A stretch of 60,112 nucleotides of DNA from Candidatus Yanofskybacteria bacterium (GTDB lineage: Bacteria; Patescibacteriota; Minisyncoccia; 2-02-FULL-40-12; IGHO2-12-FULL-4), in assembly GCA_016181105.1 (NCBI GenBank), contig JACOZX010000018.1, positions 1-60,112 of the forward strand, read 5' to 3'. Made by a program: the position numbers and the translations under genes. Each line of letters begins with the position of its first letter. Position 1 is the first letter of the stretch. Positions 9,729 through 17,394 of this stretch are shown here, in pieces. The notes below the pieces were generated by a model. That model searched no databases and was not told where the DNA came from. It saw nothing but the letters and a program-made list of their open reading frames with translations.

Positions 9729-10706
9729 CTAGTTTTTCATTAAAAAACTAAAGAGGAAGTCAGGCAGATTTAGGGCGCCGTTTTTGGCATTGATATCTGC
9801 ATCGCACAATTCTTGATACATGCTCTTGAGGTCTTCCAGCTCAAACTTGCGGGCATTTTCGTAATTTTTTCTGATGACAAAAGGATGCAGTTTTGACAGG
9901 CCGGCAAGCTGGCTATAGGGCACGGCTTTTTTGATTAGAGATTTTATCCGCAAAAGGACTCGGAACTGGTATATGACTAACCCTAGGATTGCGTTGGGGT
10001 CTTCCCCCTCTGAAAGATATTGGTCCAGCAACAAAATAGCTTTTCTGTGGTTTTTGCTGGCCATGGCGTCTGTTAAATCAAAGTTGTTTAAAACTACTTC
10101 TGGCGTTACAATCTTGTCTAAATCAGCTTCTCCTACTTCTTTATTTTTGCTCTGGCTGTCAAAGTTTTTGTAAGCTATCAGTTTGGCAATTTCATTTTTT
10201 GTTTTTTCTTGGGACTGTGAAGTCAAAAAAATAAGTTTTCTGACCGTCGGTGTTTGAATTTTTAGTCCCGCGTTTCCAAACTCCTCTATACACCATTTTT
10301 CCAAAGCAGAATCTTTGAGCGGTAAAATTTCTTTGGACTTCGGGGCGTTTTGAGATAAAAACCGAAAAAGGGCTTTGCCTTTTTTGTTTAACTCCAAACC
10401 GGAGGAATATTCGTAGAGGATGAGACAGAAGTTTTTTTCAGGGTTTTTGAAATACTTTTTTAATATTTCCAAGACAGCCTCTTGGGTCCGGCTGTTTACA
10501 AAAAGAGCATTAGCAAGAATAAGTTTGCCTTCGTTGAATATGGATCTAGTCTCCAGAGCGTCTTTTAATGATTTTATCCCCTCTTCTTGGTTGAGGTCTA
10601 TTTTTTCAATGATTAAGCCGGGTGCTGTTTTTAAAAAATCAGCCGTCTTTTTTTTGACAGCTTCTTTAACCGAAAAATTTTCTTGACCGTAAAAAAAATG
10701 AAACAT
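9729..10706 (-). CDS. holA: DNA polymerase III subunit delta
   Basis: The N-terminus MFHFFYGQENF and the size (~325 aa) fit HolA. The start was moved to the internal ATG to avoid overlapping the upstream gene. Confidence 0.6.
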   Translation of the reverse strand: MFHFFYGQENFSVKEAVKKKTADFLKTAPGLIIEKIDLNQEEGIKSLKDALETRSIFNEGKLILANALFVNSRTQEAVLEILKKYFKNPEKNFCLILYEYSSGLELNKKGKALFRFLSQNAPKSKEILPLKDSALEKWCIEEFGNAGLKIQTPTVRKLIFLTSQSQEKTKNEIAKLIAYKNFDSQSKNKEVGEADLDKIVTPEVVLNNFDLTDAMASKNHRKAILLLDQYLSEGEDPNAILGLVIYQFRVLLRIKSLIKKAVPYSQLAGLSKLHPFVIRKNYENARKFELEDLKSMYQELCDADINAKNGALNLPDFLFSFLMKN

Positions 10707-10728
10707 AAATTTGCTATTGAGGTAAGTT

Positions 10729-11712
10729 CTAATCTGTAAATATCTCAACCCAAATTGTTCCCGGTGTAAATTTTAATTCACCACCTTCGGCATCGTAAAA
10801 ATAAAGCTTCTCTTTGGCCGTAGTTTTTTTCCAGAAGCCTTTGATTTCTTGCCCGTTCTGGTAGAAGGTTGCTTCGCCGGAGCCGACGGTTTTTATTCGG
10901 ATGTAGTCTTTACTGACGGGAGACCATGTTGTTTTCATGAAAACAACATTTTCCGCCTCAACTTGTTTGGACGTGTTTTTGTCTGTTTCATCTTTCCCGC
11001 CGCGTTCCCGGCGGTATGTGTTATTGTCTGAGTCATATTCCCAAGACACCTGAAACTCGTCTTTATAAATTGCCGGCGGTTGTATATTGCCCAAACTCTT
11101 TGATTTTTTGTGCGGATATGAGCTAAGTGATTTGCTTAGTCCATACTCCAGACTGGCAACGGCTTTGTTTATAAGTTCCGGATTGGTGAAACCGTTGTGG
11201 GGGGGTTTTGCCTCCTTCTTTCTATAGTAAATTGTGCCGTCGTATTTCATGGCGTCTATGTTGTCAACCACTCCGCCGTTTAATTCTGCCAGCGCCTCTT
11301 TCTCTCCTCCCCAGTGGCTGTAAATCGCTCCCAAACCCTGAACCAAGGGTATAAAATCTAGGCGTGAGGATCTTATGGAGCCAATTTCTTTCGGCCAGTT
11401 GCATTGAAAAACAGCCATCATTCTGGTTACCCCGCCTTCTGTGACGGGCATTTCAAAAACGAAGTCAGCTTCACTAATTCCTGAAAGGGGTCTGGTTTCC
11501 GGATCAGAAGCTAACATGACTGCCAGCGGTCTGACTTTGGCTTTTTCGCATTTAACGCCGGAGAGATCTGACTCCGGGAAATTCATTCCTTCTATCACGG
11601 CCTCTCCTCTTTTGATCTCAATCTTATTGTTTCCGTAAAACAAAAACCAGCCGGCAATAAAGACAACGATTCCGGATCCAACCAAAAGTATTTTTGTTGT
11701 AGAAATTTTCAT
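10729..11712 (-). CDS. DUF3048 (YerB-like) membrane-anchored protein
   Basis: It has an N-terminal TM segment and the block RPLAVMLASDPETRPLSGISEADFVFEMPVTEGGVTRMMAVFQ. The ATG overlaps the polA stop (ATGA). Confidence 0.55.
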   Translation of the reverse strand: MKISTTKILLVGSGIVVFIAGWFLFYGNNKIEIKRGEAVIEGMNFPESDLSGVKCEKAKVRPLAVMLASDPETRPLSGISEADFVFEMPVTEGGVTRMMAVFQCNWPKEIGSIRSSRLDFIPLVQGLGAIYSHWGGEKEALAELNGGVVDNIDAMKYDGTIYYRKKEAKPPHNGFTNPELINKAVASLEYGLSKSLSSYPHKKSKSLGNIQPPAIYKDEFQVSWEYDSDNNTYRRERGGKDETDKNTSKQVEAENVVFMKTTWSPVSKDYIRIKTVGSGEATFYQNGQEIKGFWKKTTAKEKLYFYDAEGGELKFTPGTIWVEIFTD

Positions 11713-14393
11713 GACATTTCTGACCAATTTTTTCCGACTTTTATGTCAACCACTATGGGCACTTTGATCTGCCCCTTTTGTGCATCAGGAGACCATATAT
11801 TCTCCATGATTTCTTTGAATTTCAATGCGATTTTTGTTGTCTTTTCCTCTCTCACCTCGCATAATAGCTCATCGTGGACTTGCAGTAAAATTTTAGCTTC
11901 CTCTTCAAGTTTATTTCCGTGGATAAAATTGTAAACCTTAATCATCGCCAGTTTCATTATATCAGCCTCTGTTCCCTGAATCGGGGCGTTAATGGCCATT
12001 CTTTCGGCCTGGGCTACCATGTGAGGCATGCTGGAATTTATCTCCGGCAAATCCCTTCTTCTGCCGAAGTAAGTTTGGACATAGCCTTTTTCTTTGGCTT
12101 CAGTCTTGGCCTTTTCCATATAGTCTGCCATACCGGAAAACTTGTTTAGATATTTTGTAATAAACTCTCTGGCGCGCATTTTGTCCACACCGGCGGAACG
12201 GGCGAAACCAAGGACACCCATACCAAATAAAATGCCAAAATTCAGGGCCTTGGCTTGCCGGCGCATTTGGGTGGTAACTTTGTCTGGACTGACCTCAAAG
12301 ACTTCGGCGGCCGTACGGGTATGAATATCTTCGTTGTTTTGGAAGGCCTCAAGCATCTTCCGGTCACCCGACAGATAGGCGGCGATTCTTAGCTCAATTT
12401 GTGAATAATCAAGCGATAAAAGTTGCCAGCCCTCTTCAGCCACAAATGCTTTCCTAAACTCTTGTCCGAGTTCGGTGCGAATGGGGATGTTCTGTAAATT
12501 GGGGTCCTGACTGGAAAGTCTGCCCGTAACCGTACCCATTTGATTGTAAGTGGTGTGTACGCGATGGTCTTTCCGGTTAATTAAGGCCGGAAACGGTTCG
12601 ATGTAGGTCGTTTTTAATTTCTGAAGCTCTCGGTACTGCATTATAAGTTCAATTATTGGATGTTCGTCAACCAGTTTTTCAAGTTCGGAGACTGCCGTGG
12701 AACGGGCTCCCCCGCTGGTTTTCTTGACCTTGGTTTTTAGTTGCAGTTTATCAAATAGCACCTCTCCGAGTTGCTGGGGCGAGTTGATGTTAAATTCTTG
12801 TCCGGCCTGCTCGTCCGGCCCGCCTGCCGGACGAGCAGGCAGGCGAGCCTGCTCATAAATTTTCTTTTCCAAGCCGGTAATTTCAGAATTTACTTTTTCC
12901 GACAATTTTTCTAAACCGACTGTATCAATTTTGATGCCGTTTTTTTCCATTTCTGCTAAGACAGGAATCAGGGGCATCTCAATTTCTTCAAAAACTTTAA
13001 CCAGATTTTTTTCTTTCAGTTTTTTCAAGAGGATTTCCACCAGTTTGGGCAAAGCCAAGCTTTCGTTTGTCGCGGATTGACCAAATTCTAGAAAATACAA
13101 CTTGTCTAGGTCATAATTTTTAAGTTCCGGTTTGATTAGATAAGCAGCCACGGCTGTGTCAAAGTCAAGATTCTTAATATGGACTCCTTGGTTTAAAAGA
13201 AGTTTGACTATAGGTTTAAGGTTATGTCCTCTTTTGGCTACGGCGTTGTCTTCTAAGAGATTTTTTAGATCAGAAGTTGTCTTTTCTAATGCGGTTAGGT
13301 TGCCGTTTAGATAGAGTGTTTTGGGGTCGGGGTTTTGAATAACTAAAGATTGCGGTTCGTTTAGGTCTAATCTTTTTTGTTCTTTTTCTTGATTTTCTAT
13401 TGGTTCTGTTTTTGCGGCGGCCGTATCCGGCAGACGGGCTAGTAAGCTGTTAAAGCCGAGGTTTCTCAAAAGTTGTATAGTTTTTTCTTTGTTGTATTTG
13501 TTTCGCCAGTCTACTTTTTCAAGAGAAAAATCTATGTCTAGGTTGATAATGATTGTCGCCAACCTTTTACTAAAAATTGCCTGTTTTTCATTTTCTTTCA
13601 ATTTTTCTGCGAGTTTGGCGGTCAAGATCTCGCCCCCCTCACCATTTCTATAAGATGGATTAATGGTGAGGGGTTTCGTCTCGGACTTCTCGGTCCGAGA
13701 CTTCACTTTTTTAAAATCTTTATCTTTTATTTTTTTTAGTTCTTTATACAAGTTTTCTATTGTGCCGTATTTCTGCAATAAGGTCATGGCTGTCTTTTCA
13801 CCGATACCGGGAACTCCGGGAATGTTGTCTGAAGGATCGCCTTTTAATCCCTTAAAATCCACAACTTGGCAAGGCTCTAGGCCGTATCTTTCTTTGACAC
13901 CTTTTTCGTTGTAAGTAACCATGTCGGTTACGCCTTTACGCAAAGTGAAAACGACCACCTTATCCCCTTCCACTAACTGCAGAGTGTCTAAGTCGCCTGT
14001 CAGAATTACTGTCTGCAAATCTTTTACTTTCTTGGCTTGTTCGGTAACCGAACCGATTAAATCATCAGCTTCAAATCCCTCTTGTTCAAAAATTTCAACA
14101 CCAAAGGCTTGCAAGACCTCTTTGATAAGTGGTATTTGAGCATAAAGTTCGTCGGGCGCTTTTTTGCGGTGGGCTTTGTATTCTTCAAACTCTTCGTGGC
14201 GAAAAGTTGGTCCGGCCAAGTCAAAAGCGGCGGCCATATAATCGGGCCGCATGTCTTTGATAGTCTTAAGCAGAACCGAGGTAAAGCCATATACTGCGTT
14301 GACGATCATGCCTTGAGGCGAGGTCAAAGGCGGCAAAGCATGAAAGGCGCGGTGAACCAAAGCGTTGGCATCAATTAGAATTAATTTTTTCAT
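11709..14393 (-). CDS. polA: DNA polymerase I
   Basis: 894 aa with a 5' nuclease N-domain (LILIDANALVHRAFHAL), FNINSPQQL, DYSQIELRIAA and QVHDEL. Confidence 0.95.
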   Translation of the reverse strand: MKKLILIDANALVHRAFHALPPLTSPQGMIVNAVYGFTSVLLKTIKDMRPDYMAAAFDLAGPTFRHEEFEEYKAHRKKAPDELYAQIPLIKEVLQAFGVEIFEQEGFEADDLIGSVTEQAKKVKDLQTVILTGDLDTLQLVEGDKVVVFTLRKGVTDMVTYNEKGVKERYGLEPCQVVDFKGLKGDPSDNIPGVPGIGEKTAMTLLQKYGTIENLYKELKKIKDKDFKKVKSRTEKSETKPLTINPSYRNGEGGEILTAKLAEKLKENEKQAIFSKRLATIIINLDIDFSLEKVDWRNKYNKEKTIQLLRNLGFNSLLARLPDTAAAKTEPIENQEKEQKRLDLNEPQSLVIQNPDPKTLYLNGNLTALEKTTSDLKNLLEDNAVAKRGHNLKPIVKLLLNQGVHIKNLDFDTAVAAYLIKPELKNYDLDKLYFLEFGQSATNESLALPKLVEILLKKLKEKNLVKVFEEIEMPLIPVLAEMEKNGIKIDTVGLEKLSEKVNSEITGLEKKIYEQARLPARPAGGPDEQAGQEFNINSPQQLGEVLFDKLQLKTKVKKTSGGARSTAVSELEKLVDEHPIIELIMQYRELQKLKTTYIEPFPALINRKDHRVHTTYNQMGTVTGRLSSQDPNLQNIPIRTELGQEFRKAFVAEEGWQLLSLDYSQIELRIAAYLSGDRKMLEAFQNNEDIHTRTAAEVFEVSPDKVTTQMRRQAKALNFGILFGMGVLGFARSAGVDKMRAREFITKYLNKFSGMADYMEKAKTEAKEKGYVQTYFGRRRDLPEINSSMPHMVAQAERMAINAPIQGTEADIMKLAMIKVYNFIHGNKLEEEAKILLQVHDELLCEVREEKTTKIALKFKEIMENIWSPDAQKGQIKVPIVVDIKVGKNWSEMS
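12805..12854. repeat. D-type GC-rich palindromic mini-element inserted in frame in polA
   Basis: A 13-bp stem CCTGCTCGTCCGG/CCGGACGAGCAGG is flanked by an 8-bp direct repeat GAGCAGGC (minus-strand reading). It adds 42 nt, encoding RLPARPAGGPDEQA. Confidence 0.8.
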
Positions 14394-14407
14394 AGCTCGT
14401 CTGGGAA

Positions 14408-14481
14408 GAACCTCCGCAAGTGCCTCTTTTTTGCGTCGGACTGTCGCCGCCGAACTGCAAAAGAGGCACTTGCTTTGGTTC
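14408..14481 (-). repeat. B-type hairpin element (copy 3, reverse orientation)
   Basis: The stem GAACC..GCAAGTGCCTCTTTT / AAAAGAGGCACTTGC..GGTTC encloses the conserved loop, the reverse complement of GCAGTTCGGCGGCGACAGTCCGACGC. Confidence 0.8.
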
Positions 14482-14507
14482 TAAATAAAATCTTTTTTCG
14501 CGGAGGT

Positions 14508-14954
14508 TTAAGTTAAGACAGAAATCTTTCTCGTCATCTCGTCTATGTGGTCTATATGAATTTTCATATAATTTTTTGGCAGTATTTTTTTAACTCTGTC
14601 TGACCACTCAATTAGAATTAAATTTTTCGGATTATTAAAAATTTTTTTAACGCCAAGTTGAAGCAAGTCTTTGTGGTCTTTAAGCCGGTAGGCATCAATA
14701 TGGAAGAGATTGTTATAAGCTGTAAGTTTTAAGTTATAAGACTTAATCAGAACAAAAGTCGGGCTGGAAATTTTGTTTTTTACTCCCAGACCTTTGGCAA
14801 AACCTTTTACGAAAGTAGTTTTTCCGGCACCAAGTTCGCCCTCTAGCCCCAACACAAAAGCAATCCTTTTTTGCAAAGCTTTCTGGGCTATTTCCTTGGC
14901 TAAAACCCTTGCCGCTTTCCGTGTTTCTTTTGGGCTTTTTGAAATAAATTTCAT
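14508..14954 (-). CDS. tsaE: tRNA t6A biosynthesis ATPase TsaE
   Basis: 148 aa with LEGELGAGKTTFVKGFAKGLG and SPTF..H.D.YRL. Confidence 0.85.
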   Translation of the reverse strand: MKFISKSPKETRKAARVLAKEIAQKALQKRIAFVLGLEGELGAGKTTFVKGFAKGLGVKNKISSPTFVLIKSYNLKLTAYNNLFHIDAYRLKDHKDLLQLGVKKIFNNPKNLILIEWSDRVKKILPKNYMKIHIDHIDEMTRKISVLT

Positions 14955-14963
14955 ACCCTCGAA

Positions 14964-15011
14964 TCCAAGGAGGCTCCTTGGACGGTTTTAAGCTCCTTGG
15001 ACGGTTTTAAG
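14964..15011 (+). repeat. REP-like palindrome TCCAAGGAGGCTCCTTGGA plus a 20-bp tandem duplication at the 3' end of the transposase gene
   Basis: The palindrome spans 14964-14982. CTCCTTGGACGGTTTTAAG is repeated at 14974-14992 and 14993-15011. The second unit encodes the C-terminus LKTVQGA. Confidence 0.8.
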
Positions 15012-15650
15012 CCTTAACCAATCTTTGTGAAAGTCAGAAAAGTCCTTCCTGTTCTTAAAATAATCTGGAAACTTTTCCAGACTTAAAATCGCTTTTTCAA
15101 CTCTTTGCTTGCCCAGATAATCTAAGGAACTTGAGTATTTGTAATTTTCAGCAAATGCTAGTGTTTTTTTGGTATCAATGATCCCGTTTTCTTTCCAACT
15201 TGGCTCAAGAACCTTCACTGGGTTAAGGTGAATGTACGCTAGTAAATATTTTAAATATCTGTCGTTGTCGACATGCTCTGCTTTAAAAGGCTTTTGAAAC
15301 AGTGAGCCAACGCGTTCATATTTTTTATTAAAATACATTGCGTAACTAGTTGTGAGTTTCTTCATAAAATTTGTAAGTCCGCCTTCTTTTATTTCTTTAA
15401 CTAAAATATGAAAATGATTAGGCATCAAAACATAAGCCCCAACAGCAATCAGTCTCTCCCCCAAACCTACCTTATCCAAGGAGGCTCCTTGGGAGGTTTT
15501 AAAAACAACAGCTTTTGTTCCGTTTGCTAACCGTAGCGTCTTAGAAAACCTTTCGTAGTCCCTTGTCTCCTGAAATATTTTTCTCTTTTCAACACCACGG
15601 TTGTAGACATGGTAATATTCACCTACTGCGAATTTAATTTTGCGCTCCAT
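14988..15650 (-). CDS. IS200-like Y1 (HUH) transposase, REP-associated (RAYT-like)
   Basis: 220 aa with YHVYNRG, MPNHFHILV (HUH) and YIHLNPVK (catalytic Tyr region). It is flanked by copies of the same palindrome. Confidence 0.8.
   Translation of the reverse strand: MERKIKFAVGEYYHVYNRGVEKRKIFQETRDYERFSKTLRLANGTKAVVFKTSQGASLDKVGLGERLIAVGAYVLMPNHFHILVKEIKEGGLTNFMKKLTTSYAMYFNKKYERVGSLFQKPFKAEHVDNDRYLKYLLAYIHLNPVKVLEPSWKENGIIDTKKTLAFAENYKYSSSLDYLGKQRVEKAILSLEKFPDYFKNRKDFSDFHKDWLRLKTVQGA
15475..15492 (+). repeat. REP-like palindrome copy inside the transposase CDS
   Basis: TCCAAGGAGGCTCCTTGG, translated as part of KTSQGASLDKV. Confidence 0.75.
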
Positions 15651-15679
15651 AATATAAGTATAACAGATAGTTTCTAAAA

Positions 15680-15717
15680 TCCAAGGAGGCTCCTTGGATA
15701 CGGCTCTTTGGATACGG
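15680..15717 (+). repeat. REP-like palindrome copy upstream of the transposase start, with a short tandem repeat
   Basis: TCCAAGGAGGCTCCTTGGA is followed by TACGGCTCTTTGGATACGG. Confidence 0.8.
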
Positions 15718-15739
15718 TAGGTTTTTTTGGATAAAAAAA

Positions 15740-15760
15740 CCCTGTCTCAAAAAGACAGGG
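15740..15760 (-). terminator. rho-independent terminator
   Basis: The minus strand reads CCCTGTCT-ttttg-AGACAGGG followed by TTTTTTTA, downstream of the ORF ending at 15788. Confidence 0.6.
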
Positions 15761-15787
15761 TGGCCGAAATTCTTGGCCAGAGAAGTA

Positions 15788-16180
15788 CTAGGGTTGGCGG
15801 TCCCATTCAAGAAAATTTCTGGGTTGCCGCCGAACCGGAACTGGAGGCTGGATTTCTGACTCCTCCCCAGCCGCCGAAGAGACAGGCGGCTTTGGGGGGT
15901 TGAGCTTTTCTGCAACCGCTTCAAGGGCGGTGGCAGCCCTTTCTAAACTGGGTGTTTCCACAAGCGTGGGCGTGGTGGAAACGGTAGGTGTAGACTCAAG
16001 CGCGAGAATGAACCCGAGCAAATAGCCCGAGTACCAAATCCACGCTAAGAGAGCTAACCCTCCCAATCCCAGCATCCAGTGCAAAAAGGTAAACCAAGAC
16101 GTTGACGTCAGCGACTCCTTGCGCCTGATAGGCGTAGAGGGTCGCAAAACCCTTTGTCGCCATTTTACGTTTGCTTTCAT
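15788..16180 (-). CDS. hypothetical membrane protein (GC-rich island 1)
   Basis: 130 aa with one strongly hydrophobic segment (WFTFLHWMLGLGGLALLAWIWYSGYLLGFILAL). The start overlaps the upstream stop (TAATG). Confidence 0.4.
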   Translation of the reverse strand: MKANVKWRQRVLRPSTPIRRKESLTSTSWFTFLHWMLGLGGLALLAWIWYSGYLLGFILALESTPTVSTTPTLVETPSLERAATALEAVAEKLNPPKPPVSSAAGEESEIQPPVPVRRQPRNFLEWDRQP

Positions 16181-16923
16181 TAAAATCTCTCCTTTCTGAC
16201 CTCAGAATCAAAGAATTCCCACCCAGCGTTCTGGGGGAGTCTCCTTTTCCCTTGGCCATATTGAATAATGTCCGTTTCTGTTTGGCCGGTTCTGGGGTCA
16301 TCCCAGACAGCCTCAAACCACAATTCTGTCCCCGGGGGCAACATTGTTGTGGATTGAGTATTGGGTTGAACCTCAACAACCAATTCAGCCCCGCTATATC
16401 CGCGGATAACGGTTTTGCGGAGGCGATTCCGCACAAGCTTTTTTTCCAGCGACGCCTCGTACTCAGCTCGGGCTTGAGCGGCCATGACTTCGGCCATTTT
16501 TTGTTCTTTCTTATTTCTCTTGTGGTTGACCGCGGCCTGAATGGCCTTGGCCCCGAAGTAGCCGCCAACGCCGCCAATTGCGGCTCCCTTCCAACCGCCG
16601 ACGGCTCCGCCGAGAGCGGCGCCACCTATGCCGACCTCAATCGGCGTTATGCGGACCCTTCCCCGGTTTCCCCGACCATACTGGTCGGTTCCGTAGAAGT
16701 AGCCGCCGTCTTCGTAACCATAACCGTAATGGTCATGGTGATAAATTGCGTTGTGAAACCCAGCCCGATCGTTCATCATGTCCCCTCGAACATGATTTCG
16801 CTCGATGAGGCGGACGTTGTTGTTGATGACTCGGGACAGCTCGTCCTGGGCCATGGCAGTCAGTGTGAACTGCCCGCCCAACAAAAGACTTAAAAACCCA
16901 ACAATTCTGAAAAATGTTCTCAT
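16180..16923 (-). CDS. secreted glycine-zipper protein (GC-rich island 1)
   Basis: 247 aa with a signal-like N-terminus MRTFFRIVGFLSLLLGGQFTLTAMA and the glycine zipper GIGGAALGGAVGGWKGAAIGGVGGYFG. Other-frame ORFs here are GC-driven shadows. Confidence 0.55.
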   Translation of the reverse strand: MRTFFRIVGFLSLLLGGQFTLTAMAQDELSRVINNNVRLIERNHVRGDMMNDRAGFHNAIYHHDHYGYGYEDGGYFYGTDQYGRGNRGRVRITPIEVGIGGAALGGAVGGWKGAAIGGVGGYFGAKAIQAAVNHKRNKKEQKMAEVMAAQARAEYEASLEKKLVRNRLRKTVIRGYSGAELVVEVQPNTQSTTMLPPGTELWFEAVWDDPRTGQTETDIIQYGQGKRRLPQNAGWEFFDSEVRKERF

Positions 16924-17194
16924 CTCTTTCTCACTTTCTGCCCGTTTTGGGCTGAAAACCTTGTTTTTTAAGATCTATACTGTACTTATATTATAGCAGT
17001 TTTTAACCACCCAAGTCAATGGCTTAAAAGTCCTTATTTTTCAAGGGTTTCATAGGTAAAAAAGACATTAAGGTCGGACCTTTTTAAAGATTCAAGGTCC
17101 GACCTCGGGAACATTTAATTGGGTAAAATATGGAAGCGTAGCAGATACAAGTGGAGCTATAATTTATGGAGCAGGTAGTGACTCTGAGGGCAGT

Positions 17195-17286
17195 AAAAGT
17201 TGCGAGGGGCACGGTTTGTCAACGACCCCTCCCCAGTTTTTCAAAGTAAAACTGGGGAGGGGATCTTGACAAGACGAGCAACTTTT
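17195..17286. repeat. long composite hairpin in a 460-bp intergenic region
   Basis: The perfect 15-bp stem CCCCTCCCCAGTTTT/AAAACTGGGGAGGGG is extended by TTGTCAA/TTGACAA and AAAAGTTGC/GCAACTTTT. Confidence 0.7.
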
Positions 17287-17375
17287 TCTGATGAAGAATC
17301 CTCGCTGGGGATTCTGAAGTCCCGAAGAGGCGCTACTGCGGAATAAATTTTAGGGAAAATCGGTAACAAAAAAAA

Positions 17376-17392
17376 GACGGCATTTTGCCGTC
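17376..17392 (-). terminator. rho-independent terminator
   Basis: The minus strand reads GACGGCA-aaa-TGCCGTC followed by a run of eight T, directly after the stop at 17395. Confidence 0.7.
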
Positions 17393-17394
17393 CG

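Noticed and set aside
15634-16893. Overlapping long ORFs 15634..15924(-), 15996..16625(-) and 16171..16893(+) in GC-rich island 1.
   Set aside because: High GC suppresses stop codons in all frames. Only the 16180..16923 and 15788..16180 pair has a signal peptide or TM segment, coupled start/stop codons and a downstream terminator.
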